DNA of 63,066 nt, counting the filler, from Asterionella formosa (Eukaryota): the NCBI GenBank assembly GCA_002256025.1. It is 16 parts of 16 records of this genome, joined end to end, with 100 filler letters (N's around TTAATTAATTAA, not from the genome) between each part and the next. Parts side by side here need not be neighbours in the genome. Positions count along the whole stretch, not along the records: positions 21,675 to 43,239 come from NKIB01003006.1; 15 more parts are not named here. One strand, written 5' to 3'. The notes under the pieces are model-generated. The model saw only the letters and a program-made list of their open reading frames with translations. It was not told where the DNA came from and did not search any database. Below, in pieces: positions 27,098-39,120 of this stretch (positions are counted from its first letter, which is position 1; each line of letters begins with the position of its first letter). The translations under genes and the position numbers were made by a program.

Positions 27098-28156
27098 ATG
27101 GCGGAATATATTGCAAAAACAAGTTTCGTAATGAAACGTAAGGGTGGTTTGACGTTTCGTTATATCTTCTTTGTCCTCCTATTCGTTATAATGATCTCTG
27201 GAAGTTTATCGAGGTTTCGATTGATTAATTTTTCAATTTCAGAAAGGGAATTTCTTGATGTCCCCTTCACAACAAGCTTAAAAACTTTAAACTGTAAGCG
27301 TGCTGCAATTAATCCTTCATGGTTTTCGCAGACACAATCTTGGAACGGCTTAACAAGATACGAGAGTTACCTAACCGGAAATGAATCTCAACCCCTAACT
27401 TTTCTCGATCCAGTGTCATGCTTGATGTCGTCGACATCTTTCCAGGGAGCATCTAGTATACGTGAAGCCGGACGATCAGATACTTCAGGGAGTAGTAACA
27501 GACTTAGACAATTGACGATGGGAATAATCGACGCGGCAGCGATCATAACAGGCATTCCAACAAAACGTTTCTGTTTGACTGAATTACACAATAGGGACTT
27601 GAGTCTTTACAATACTGATTCGTACTCTCCCATTCACCATGCTTTGATGAAACTCTCTCTCAAACAATATGTGTCTTCCGAGTTTCTTCCTGGTGTATTA
27701 ACCTCTGGAACAATCGTCAATGGTGTTAGACATGAAGACCTTCAAGTCACATCCTTCAAGGACAATTCTTTTGACATTGTTATATCCCCTGAAGTATTCG
27801 AGCATATTCCTCATCCCTATAAAGCTTTCAAGGAGGTATATAGGATTTTGAAACCTGGAGGGGCACACGTATTTACAGTTCCATTTGCTGCAAATAGTAA
27901 ACTTGATATAAACATGAGTTTCATCAGTGAAGAAGGGGTGCTAATGAATGGTCCTGGTAAACCCCCTAACTTAATCCCTCCCCATTATCATGGTGACTCG
28001 CTGCGGAAAGAGGGAATAATTGTTTTCACAATCTTCACTCCTGAAATGCTGGAAAAGCTGTGCGCTATTGGCTTCAATGTTGAAACAACAATGATTCAGA
28101 ATGCCGGCTTAGGTATTGTAGGCCAAGAATCAATTGTTTTTACGGCATGGAAATAA
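27098..28156 (+). CDS. Class I SAM-dependent methyltransferase (Methyltransf_11-like) with an N-terminal transmembrane anchor
   Basis: Intact intronless 352-aa ORF. Hydrophobic YIFFVLLFVIMIS, then HEDLQVTSFKDNSFDIVISPEVFEHIPHPYKAFKEVYRILKPGGAHVFTVP. Confidence 0.88.
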   Translation: MAEYIAKTSFVMKRKGGLTFRYIFFVLLFVIMISGSLSRFRLINFSISEREFLDVPFTTSLKTLNCKRAAINPSWFSQTQSWNGLTRYESYLTGNESQPLTFLDPVSCLMSSTSFQGASSIREAGRSDTSGSSNRLRQLTMGIIDAAAIITGIPTKRFCLTELHNRDLSLYNTDSYSPIHHALMKLSLKQYVSSEFLPGVLTSGTIVNGVRHEDLQVTSFKDNSFDIVISPEVFEHIPHPYKAFKEVYRILKPGGAHVFTVPFAANSKLDINMSFISEEGVLMNGPGKPPNLIPPHYHGDSLRKEGIIVFTIFTPEMLEKLCAIGFNVETTMIQNAGLGIVGQESIVFTAWK

Positions 28157-28306
28157 ACATTAAATAAAAATATTTATCTGACTATTGTAGTATTATGAAT
28201 CATTTTTATAGGGCCTTCATCCTAGCCTATTTCCAGATTTGGTCCTTGTTGCACTCCATGTTCTTTAGAGAGGTTGGGTTGCTGGTCACTCTCTTGAGTA
28301 GGAGTT

Positions 28307-28402
28307 TTGGTAAAACAATTGGTAACTGTGGTCTTGTGTCCTATCCATGTACCTCTTGGTAAAAAATTGGTAACTGGGGTCTTGTTTCCTATCCATGTAC
28401 CA
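28307..28402 (+). repeat. Tandem duplication, about 49-bp period
   Basis: TTGGTAAAA.AATTGGTAACTG.GGTCTTGT.TCCTATCCATGTACC occurs twice. Confidence 0.85.
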
Positions 28403-28424
28403 GTAGCTAAGCAGATCAAATCAG

Positions 28425-28590
28425 CTATTGATAGTGATGATTACAATTCTGCTCTTGTTGTTGAAACCAAAAATGTGCCTCCTGTTGGTAACACCATTAA
28501 TAACTCCTGAGTGCAGATGGAAAAGGTTCCATTTCTTATTTTTTCTAATTGCGTGGACTAAGCAAGCAATGCATGACAAACTAAGGGCAA
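28425..28590 (+). mobile_element. Diverged fragment related to the Plavaka-type upstream ORF
   Basis: Aligns with about 255-420 (CATTAATAACTCC..G.TGCAGATGGA; CATGACAAACT.AGGG). Confidence 0.65.
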
Positions 28591-29499
28591 AGTTCCTTCA
28601 AATTTCAATGAGTGTGTGCCTGTGTTGAAACTAAACTAATATTTGCACTTGCGCCTGGATAGAGTCAGGGGAAATTGATAAGGTTTTGTGGGGCTGTTAG
28701 AGCACCCAAGAAAGATGACATCTTGCCACCGATTCCCATTGTGGAGCGATTTCCTTCTATGGAGAATTTTGTCGCATGTCTGCTTCTTTGTCTACTTTAA
28801 GCCTGGCTTCATTGTCAACTTTAAGCCTGGCTTCATTGTCACTAAATTTTTCGTAAATTTCCACGAACTGCTTATTGTTGCTGTGCATATGTGCTTTGTT
28901 GCCTTGCTCAGCTGCTGTTGTTGATGTTGTCCTTGTGTTTACATTGTTTACTATTTTCAGATTTAAAGTTTATTCTTTCCTTCTGTTGCCTACTAGCGTT
29001 CTTTATATTTGAATGGTACTAATCATCGCCACCAGTTTACTTTACATTATGAATATGATGCATGTGTGTTTCTTGATAATGGTGCAACAAGCCTATTTCA
29101 TTGCTTTTCCTTGAGTTATTTGCCTCTTGTTTCTTCTCTCCTTCAGAAAATAGAAAATTTCAGTGTTGATATATGCTGCTGGCCATCTTTTTCTGGTAAT
29201 ATTTGTACTTGTAGATAAGCCTAGTATTAATATCATCATTTTTACCTTCTCTATTACCTAGGATAGGATCATGTAGTGATTCCTGAATCTGACATTGTTG
29301 TATTCATCATTGTTTCCATTTCATGGAGTTTTATCGTTTGAATTCATGTGCATGTGAGTGCTCTGCTTTGTCACCATTTCTTAAGGTATTTCCATTGTTA
29401 TGGATCACCATCCTATCATGACATAGATTCATGTGTCTGTCTGTTTGTCTGTGAACGCCTGTGTCGCGTTCTCGCGCAACTCTCTATCTCTGCAAAGAT

Positions 29500-29750
29500 T
29501 ACTTTAAATATACTCTAACAATGACTCTTTTAACATACTCCCTTCCAAACTACTATTGAGCTTGTCAGGTTCGTTAATTGACTCACACTAATCTCCTCTT
29601 CCTCCTTTGTACTCATTGTCGTTCTTTATTGTTCCCTCTTTCATGACAGATTATGAGCCATACCTGTTTCCTGGAAAGGAAAGAAATTGTTGATTGTTAA
29701 TTTGATTCTACCATCTGCGCCAATTTTAAAAATCTCCTTCGCATTCGAAT
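29500..29750. repeat. Dispersed repeat (inverted copy of 12195-12445)
   Basis: See 12195-12445. Confidence 0.75.
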
Positions 29751-29789
29751 ATCAAAAGATGAAATGAAAAATTATAATTACATGATATG

Positions 29790-30420
29790 ATATCATTCTA
29801 CTGTAGGTGTACAATCTCGTCAGAAGGGGATGTAGCGACCTGGCTAGAAATGGCAATCCTTCAACATTGTCATCAGCACTATCAGAAAACATCTGTCACA
29901 CAATTCGGGCATGGCCCCATGCAAGCCTCACTATGATTTAATGGATTTACAACAGCAGCATACCAAATTCTGGAGGGAACATTATTTGAAAATACAGATG
30001 AAGGGTGCTTCCCAGCAGGTGTCAAAGAATTTGTTGCCGCCATGGCGATTTCCCAAAGAACTCAACAGGTTTCCCAAAATCAACCCAGAAATTCAGATAG
30101 AAAACTTCAAGAAACAAATAAGAGATTTGAAGAAGCTATATCTACATCACTGAGGGGAAGGCATCTAGTAGGCCACTATAAGGCAGCTTTACAGGATAAA
30201 GAACTAATCACAAGCTATGCTTTGATTTTGAACATGCCAGTGAACACAGGTTTCTCACAAAGAAGGTGGCAACAAGCAACTTCAGTTGTGCTTGAAAAAG
30301 ACAAAGGAGACCCTAAAAAATCATCTCCTTAGAATCATACACTTATTTGAAGCGGACTACAATCTGTTTTTAATTTTGATATGGGGAAGCCGTCTGGTGG
30401 GAAGAGCAGAGAAATAAGAC
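29790..30420 (+). mobile_element. Non-LTR retrotransposon RT N-terminal fragment (Ambal-like)
   Basis: GRHLVGHYKAALQD, RRWQQATSVVLEKDKGDPK, LRIIHLFEADYNLFL. Confidence 0.8.
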
Positions 30421-31334
30421 ATTCATTGCATTCATGAGCACACTCCACAATACAATAAACAAACATTTCAAGCACATCCTTACCTCAGATGAGTTCAACA
30501 CACTTCTGTAGGAAAAAGACCAATCATGAATCTCCACAGAAGCCAACTCACAAGATTGGCTTGACCGAGTAGCAACCTCAAAATTCAAATGGTTTCATGC
30601 ACGAATTGCAAAAATCCCGTTGAACAGCAAAGATAAAAACTTCCATTACTCCTAGTATACACATGCGCAATGAGTTGACACACTTTACAATTTTTAGCTA
30701 AGTATTAAAGCGAGCATAATAAAGCCTATATCAGTACAATTACGCACAGAGCAGCAAGGAATCCGCTGGTAATGTAGCTACGAAGCGTTTCCGGGTTTCC
30801 TTTCGGGAAAACTCTCCAAAAAGGCGAAAGCTCAATCGAACGCCAGCGGCCAAGAAGGCACTGGTAAACAGCAGCAAGCAACATCATCTGAAACAAAAAG
30901 CGCATCCAAAGGAGTGAAAGGAAGCAAAGCAATCACAGGAAAAATGCGAAAAGTAGCTCACATCAGCCAGGCACTGCATCTAACTATGATTGGGATGATG
31001 TTGAACTTGCAATGATGGCATCAAAGAATGAAGCGTTCGCAGCCAAACTGGCGCGTCCAAAAGCAACGGCAATGGAATGCGCTCAGAACAAATAGCGAAA
31101 CATTCTTGCTGCCCAAGAACAAGATCCAGTGTTCGTTTCTATCCTCAAGGAAGGGAAAATCGGGCAAAAACATTCAGTACTCCAAGTGACAACTCCGGTC
31201 CCTGGTTGACTATCCAGAGCCGCAAACAGAAGGAATTCAGCCCATTGAATTAACAATGCCAACACCATCTCAGCTATCCTCACCTCGTGAATATAAATTC
31301 ACTAGGCCAACCATTGAACACTCCAGCACTATCA

Positions 31335-31733
31335 ACCACCGATTCCGCAATGATAGGATTACTGCATCTGAAAATAGTAGCTTGGCCAGGAATGTTACTT
31401 TCAATTTTAACATGATAATAACAGTCAATCCTTACAATTGAAACAGGCACAACTCCATCATCAAGACTTTTAGTTCTTGCCATTTCAATTGTTGAATTCG
31501 AAATGCTCTTTATGTAGGCAGCTGGTTGCCCCCTTTGGTAAATCAGGATGATGAACCAATTGAAACAAGGGTTCATCAGCTTCTTACTCCATGATACATG
31601 CCCAATTTTATTAATTACACCTGCTATAGTCCATTAACCATTTGATGATGAAGCAGAGAATTAAACTTTAACAGGAAGGGATGGTAAATGGTTCTTGGTA
31701 GGTGATATTCCCAAATTATCAGGCGACGTACTA
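31335..31733 (-). mobile_element. Fragment of the C-terminal region of a Plavaka-type transposase (older copy)
   Basis: Colinear with about 36378-36743; interrupted at TA 31732-31733 by the TIR of copy 2. Confidence 0.8.
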
Positions 31734-33459
31734 CATCTGCAAAAAAAAACAATCATATTTCTATGATGCATCATAGGATTGTGATCATCTGATCATAATT
31801 TTTAGTTATATCATCTAATAATTTTGATAAATGCCCTTGTAATTTAAATAGTAACCCTTTTGACTACATATATTCAATTATTATATGTATTGTTTCTATT
31901 AGATTCCTGTATTCGAATTTCTAGGTAGGATAATGTACCAGCTAAAGTAATGTAATTTGGCTCATCATTTCCATCCGTCATCACTCCGATTTTTGCAACA
32001 ACAACGAAATACTAGCGATGACAAGTGGAATGATTGTCTGCGATAACGACGTCTTCAATTGTTGTTCAATTGATCATTATATCTTTGAGTAATCGTCATG
32101 CACAGTGAACCTTTGTTCATGATCATTCAATTATGAGTTTACAGAGAAGATATCATTCGAACTTGTAATGGTTCCGCACACAGCGCACATTGTAAATCCG
32201 TTAATCCGTTTTGTCGACCACCAGTATTACAATCTCGCCAATCAACCCGTAAACAAACACATTCTACTTGTTCTCGTTGACATTTTCAATTCTCACATGA
32301 TACTACTACATCTACTATTGAGATTCAGCATAGAAGGAGATATGAAAATGAAACAGACTACTGTCCACATAGCTATAGTTATAGAATGATTTTGATTACA
32401 ATTTCTTTTTCATGTCGCTCGTTTCTGCATTTGGCATGCTGTACTTGTATTTACTATTGAACTTGTCCGCATCTTTGATACCATCAAGAGAGCGAAAGCA
32501 AGTGGCTCTCTTCATTGTTGTTTCTCGTAGGAAAAATTTGATATCCGTATCGTCATTTGCTTGTTGGAACTGTCCGTTGCCTCAAACCTCCTTGGCGTGT
32601 GCATACACACACTGCCGACTTGTTTTCATTGGTATGTTGTTCTTGTATTGTATTCACTGTTGAACTTGCTTGTCCGCATCTTTGTTACCATCAATAGAGC
32701 GACAAGTGGGTCTCTTCATTGTTGTTTGCTTCTGGAAAAGTCGGTGTCCGTGTCTTCCTCATCAATAGAGGGACAAGTGTCCTTCATCATTGCGGTTTGC
32801 CGCTGGAAAAATTGGTACCCGTGGTATCGTCATTCGCTCGTTGGAACCACTGTCCGTTGCCTCAAACCTGATTAGCGTGTGTGTATGTGCACTGTCGACT
32901 TGTGTACATTATCATACTCTGTAGTACGATGCAGAATACTACATTTCCCAATCATCTCATAATGATTGATAAGATGATAATGTGTTATCATGATAGGGTT
33001 ACATCGATGCATACATCACCAAAGTATGATACATAATATTGAATAAAGTATATCACATAGCTATGCTACATTGATCATAGAACTAGGATGATTTCTTAAA
33101 ATGTTTATGATATAATTTTCATCAAAATATGATCATGTTAAAATAATACAATGACAATAAAAAAGGTAAAATATGTACGCAAGTGTTATCAATACATCAC
33201 AGAAAAAAAATAAAAAAATAAATCATAAAATATGTTACTTAATATATAAATTCGAATTCAAATGTATACAGTAAAAGCCAACAGTTAATATGATAGTATT
33301 ATACGGTGTATAGGATCTAAGTAGCCTATACGGATGCGTTGATGTGTACATCACTATAATATGATTTGTGATATGGATTGATGCATATCACATACCGGTA
33401 TCCTCAATAACAAGCCATCACGTTCATTGTCATGTCGTTTTTCCTTGTTATAGCTATAT

Positions 33460-35831
33460 ATGCCGGCATATGTATTGTGTAAACACTACGCTGCTGGCGG
33501 AACATGCATATTACACTGTGCTCTGTTCAACAATTACTACACTCGGTTACCATCACACCAGCTGCACCTCCACAAGCTCCGCGTTTCCCTTCCACTGTTT
33601 TACATCATTGTCTTCTGGCCCTTTGACAACTTTCCAAATGGCTTTCATGGATTTCATGCAAAGGATCAGTCAAAAAAGAAACGTTACTTACTTCCATTGT
33701 TTACACTACACGGCTTTATGTTTTCGGAAAAGAAGATGAAGAAACTTGTGAAATCAATCGAAGATTTGCTCCTTTGAATACACTCAAAGATCAGATGAAT
33801 TTGAACAGATTCATAATACTCCAGAAAAAATAATGAAGTATGCCGATACAATAGTGGCAGAGATTGAAAAGAAGGAAAGATTGCTTTCGAAGAGCCGATG
33901 TAGAAACCAAAACAGTTGTTCTTCGCGGATGAAGACTCTATTCCTACAGTGTCACAGTTCCATCCAGTGTCGTATTTTGCTCCTCATTCTCCTGAAATCG
34001 CTGATAATGAAGAATAACTCAGTGATTCTCATTCATTTGATGAACAAATTCATGCGATGAATGAAAATACCGGCGGAAATGTGGCAGACATTACTTCAGA
34101 AGTAGAAATGGTTGAAAAGTTGCAAAAACCAAAAAATATATCTCACTATTCGTCCAGAACATCAAGATGAACATCATGAAAGCAGAGAAACTATTGAAAT
34201 AGATTCAAGAAAAAGTCCGAGCTAGATCAAGACCTCGAAATCAAGAAGATCAATGCAGACAGAGATGTGATGACCATGCTGGCTGAGGCAGCTGATGCAC
34301 TGAGTCGGGAACGAAGTTTGAAGCACAAAATTGAACCTTTTTCCAAAACATACATGGAAGGAAAAGAATTTCTTTGTAAAATCATCGAGAACAATACCGA
34401 AGGCAGCTAGCCTATTTTTGTGAAGAGTCGGCATGTGAAATGTGTAGAGTTATTATGCCAAAGCAAACTGCATTTTCCTTGAGTTTGCCGAAAACGCAGC
34501 ATGGACAACTAAAATTGTGGAAAGAATTGTACACACGTACCCCACAAGAAATATGCAATTACGCCTCTGTATTTTATGGAGTCAAAGGTATCAAAAAATC
34601 ATCTTCAGATTTTAAAGATTTTGCATATTGGGACCTTGAAACAATTACCTCTATGATCCATTATATAATTCATGAACTTCATCCAACTGATGTAAAGGTT
34701 ATACTATATTTGATCTGGATGAGAACCCAGAAAAGGGTAATAACAAACCGTATATATACCAAGGTGATTGTCATCCACTTCATCATGACAGTAACTACTA
34801 TATGTGCTAATTGTTTATTGCAAAAGATCAGATGAGGAGCAAGGAAAACAACCATTTTGTGCATTATCTTTTTACTATTAATGATGGATTATGTCAAGTC
34901 CTTGATCCAGGAAAAGATGCAAGTTTGGATGAACATTATGATCAAGTATTTCACCTTGCCCATAAGTACTGGCACTGCATCATCCCTGGATGCACGAAAC
35001 AATTGGAATTGTTATGCACCGATACAGGATATCTTCCACAAGAATCCCATATACCTGAAGAAATTGGGTTCTCGGAATCTTTCTATACTGGCACCACAGC
35101 ACAGCACCATTGCAGATCATTATGACCACTGAACATGATTCGATGTTATTTTAACCAGAAGATGATAGTGGAGGGTCATGTGGACCATTTACAATTGTGA
35201 AAGTATTGGAAACTCTATTGCAACTAGAAAGGAATGGCAAAACCAAATTTCTTGGCAACCGGGCACAATTCCGTTTGGAGACAGAGTCCTGGAATGTTTT
35301 AAAACGTCAGGTGGTAGGACCGCAACTGATCGAACAGACGATTTGTTATCTGTTACATCTGACCCACCAACCAAATCAACATACTTTCATCTTGGAACAG
35401 TTTGGCCTCAAGTGACAACGACAAACATTCATGAGGATAAGTTTCAGTTGGAAATAACTGTTCTTCAATTTTGTATTGACAAAATTTTGACCTCCTATTT
35501 AGATTTAAAAATGTTGAACGACGTATTTGGAAGACTTCCTTGCAATTCATCTTTCAAGAACGATGATGTTGTCAAGGTGAAATCCATGATCCAACAAATG
35601 AATGAAAAAGTTGCTCCCTTCAAATGGTATAATCATGCACCTCTTGGCCAAATTTCTGGATGCATCAAAATTGACAAAAAGTTGAAAAAATATTTTGTAA
35701 CTGATGATAGCCCTTCTGGAATCAAATTGAAAAAGTTTACAGACTCATATCGAACTGCAGTTGAAAAGTGGAGAAGAAAAGAAAAATTTCGGACGAAACG
35801 AGAAGGACTATCTTATGTTCTTTGGGAGTGA
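33460..35831 (+). pseudogene. Ulp1/C48-like protease cargo gene, copy 2
   Basis: FAYWDLETITSMIHYI (W..D..I..Y-like motif), ENNHFVHYLF..VLDPG, PEDDSGGSCGPF. Gln codon changed to TAA; frameshifts. Confidence 0.7.
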
Positions 35832-36149
35832 AAAAGAACAAATAGCTAATGGACCATTGCTCGGGATCATCCAATCTCATCATTCCTCAGGACATTTTAG
35901 TTTGTGAAAACCTTCTAATAACTTAACTAGTATGTGAAACTATATTATCCCTATTATTTATATTATTCTTGTGTATTTATTAACGTTCGCTTGTTAGTTT
36001 TTGGTCCCACCCGATTGATTTCCATATTATGACGTGGAGGCATGGCAACACAAAAAAATTATCTTTCCGTATCTGGCTGCCTGTTCCAAAACTTCATGCG
36101 GTTTCAGAGATTTCCTTCGTTTGATTCCTGTGGTTTCAAAGCTGGAACA

Positions 36150-39120
36150 ACAAACATACGTTTATGAATTTTCATTTCAGTTGAACTTTTCAAGGAATGA
36201 ATACACGCTAAAAAATGGTGGTTGCGTTGGAGAAAATAACATTTCCCCAAACAAGTAGTTTTGCCGGATCTGTGTTGGAACTTGATCCATCACCTTTTTC
36301 CCAGTTCACTTCGACCCAGCCAGTCAAAACATTCACGACCAGAGATTCCTGCATTTGAATCATTATTCCATTTCGGATGGCATCTGAAAATAGTAATTTT
36401 GCATGGAACGTTGCTTTCAATTTTAACATGATAATAACAGTCAATCCTTAAAATGGAAACATCACCAGGCCCAACCCCATCTTCAAGACTTTTTATTCTT
36501 GCTATTTCTATTGCTGAATTCGCAATGCTCTTTACGTAGTTGGCCCCCTTGTTCGGTAAATCAGGATGAACCAATTGAGACAAGGGTGCATCCTTACTCC
36601 GTGATAAATGCCCAATCCTATTAGGGACACCTGCTATAGTCCATAGACCATTTGATGATGAAGCAGAGAATTGAACTTTAACAGGAAGGGATGGTGAATG
36701 GTTCTTGGTAGGCGATGTTACCAAATTATCAGGCGACGTACTAGGCAACATCCCTGTAGTATCTGGAATCATTCCTTCGAAATCAATTTCTGTTGAAATA
36801 CCCTCAGTTACATTCATATGTACTACTTTACTCATCTTCTTTTGTTTGTTTTCTGTATGTAATTAAACACTTGCAAAAACAATTTTTCATGCCAAGGCAA
36901 ACTTCCTTGTTTCATATGACCTTGTTAACATGTCATGCTTTATCGATGTAATTGTCCATTGACACGCTTACTGGGTTTCTCGTTTCAATTTGTCTTTAAA
37001 AAAGACACCAAATATCCACCAAAGAAATTAAGAGGAGATCCGAACTTCCTAATCAGATGAGGGTAATGTTTCATTACATGAAATTTTGCCATTCGCAAGC
37101 CAATTTGAGATATTATTTCCCGTTGGGGACCAATCATAATCTTAGTAACTGACATAAACCTCTTAATCCTTTCCTCTAAAAATTCAATACATGCCGATGT
37201 ATACTGCGGTATGAATAAAGTGTCATTGATAGAAATACATTACCATAACAGCAATGTGAAATCCTTTTCTAGGTGCATGTTCTCTGAACCCATCATTCCA
37301 CCCATTGAAAAAATAGTTAACAGACATAATCCGGGAATTTCTTGCCCTGACATTTTTGACAATGCTGTCATCCCAGATCTGTATGACAATTTTGGAATAT
37401 CACGATCGCTTTGCCTTATCTTTCCAAATGACTATTGATATATCTAGCACTTTGTTCGAATTATAGTATAGTTTCGAAAATACATTTCTGGTGCTGGTAC
37501 AAGTGTTGGGTCTTGATTTTTGCCAGTGTACTAGATATTTTTGGTAACTAGCTAGTGCGTGTGTCCTTTTTGGTCTTAGCCTGTTTCTTCGGTTACTTTT
37601 GATCAAGTAAAGCAATGTCTGTTGTTTCAGTGATACGTTTATGATCAGCTATGTTTCTTGGAATATTTGGTGATTTTCTTTGTTTAAAAAAGTCCATTCT
37701 TCAGGGATAGTCCGATAATTGTACAATGATTCCAAAATGTACTTAAATATTCCAAGTAGTAATTGATGAAGAACCTCAAATGGAGTTGCACCAAATATTC
37801 CTTCTAAGTCACCACCAAAAAAATGATTTATCAGTGCAGGCACAATAGGATTATGCGATATAACACGGCACCACTCGTTCGCTGTTGCGTATTTGCCATT
37901 AGATTGGGAGACACAATACTCAGGTGGGATACATGGTAATTTTCCATTGGGATATGCATTTTTGTCAAGAAATTTGTTTAAAAACATTTTAACATCTGAC
38001 ACTTTACGACATTCACATCCAATATCAGGATTATCAGCATCCTCAGTTGAAACCAGGCAATCACGACAAAGATATCGTCGATATAATCCATTACCACCCC
38101 TGAGCCACAAATTTTATTGTGTTCTTCTGTATCACCAATGATCATTCCAATCTGGAAATAAACTTTTGTCATACCAAGACCATGAACCCAAATATCGTAT
38201 GACTTATTTGGATCTTCGAAAGGCGACATTTGAAATCCTGTAACAGAATGGTATCATTTGAGTCGACATAAGGACAAGTCGTCACCAGCAGATAACTTAT
38301 TATTCATTTGTTTCTCCAGATCACTGACTTCAATGTCTGGCAAAAGAGATACCAATTGACATCCATCAACTTTTTTCCTTCCTTCTAACGTTAAGTTTAA
38401 CATTGTCAACAAAAACGGATGCTCGGAATTTTTCATTTGTTTATCAATAGGTGAACCATCACTGAAAACTGCTGGGGCAAGAAATAAACTCCCTGTCTTG
38501 ACTTCAACACTCCATTTTCTGATGCAGCAGAATTGTTGACCGCATTTTCAAACCAAGTCGCGGAAGTTACTTCGTCATATATGCATTCTCCACAAGTTGT
38601 ACGTTTCACTTGTGCTGGGTGACTTACAAAATGTTGCATGATTTCGGAATCACGTAGCAATCCTGCCATGAGCTGTACTGGTTCGAAATAATCGAGTGTG
38701 CGTGGGATGATCATGTTTGAATTGTTATCAATCTGCATTTGTTTGGTCAACAGTTGACCACCAGCTAATGTTGGTGGAAATGAAACATCGATGCGTTCCT
38801 CCAAAGTCTGGTAGAATGGAGCTTGATACCTTCCATCAAAATGTTTCATTGCTTTTGCCTTGAACAGCCATTTTATTAGATGATCAAAGTGAACTGGTGG
38901 AAGCAAGGTAATTCTCAATAAGGAATAACATGAGTTCTTATTCGATTGGATGCGCGCATGTTTAAGAATGTTTACTTGGAAGTTGAAATTGAGGAGGAAG
39001 GGGAATTTCCATTTCATTTTCAGGGAGAAAGCCGGTGTGATCTTGGAAATCTGTATATTGCATGATTTCTGCATTCAATCCTTGGATAGTCTTTAGTCTC
39101 AATTCTTCGTCTTGTTGTGA
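36150..39120 (-). pseudogene. Plavaka-family (CACTA/CMC-related) DDE transposase, decayed
   Basis: IYDEVTSATWF, VFSDG (Asp 38458-38460), HPFLLTMLNL, IIGDTEEHNKICG (Asp 38131-38133), CRDC, GIFGATPFEVLHQLLLGIFK, MAKFH, IRKFGSPLNFFGGYL(V)SFLK with the expected Glu position read as Val at 37006-37008. Confidence 0.82.
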
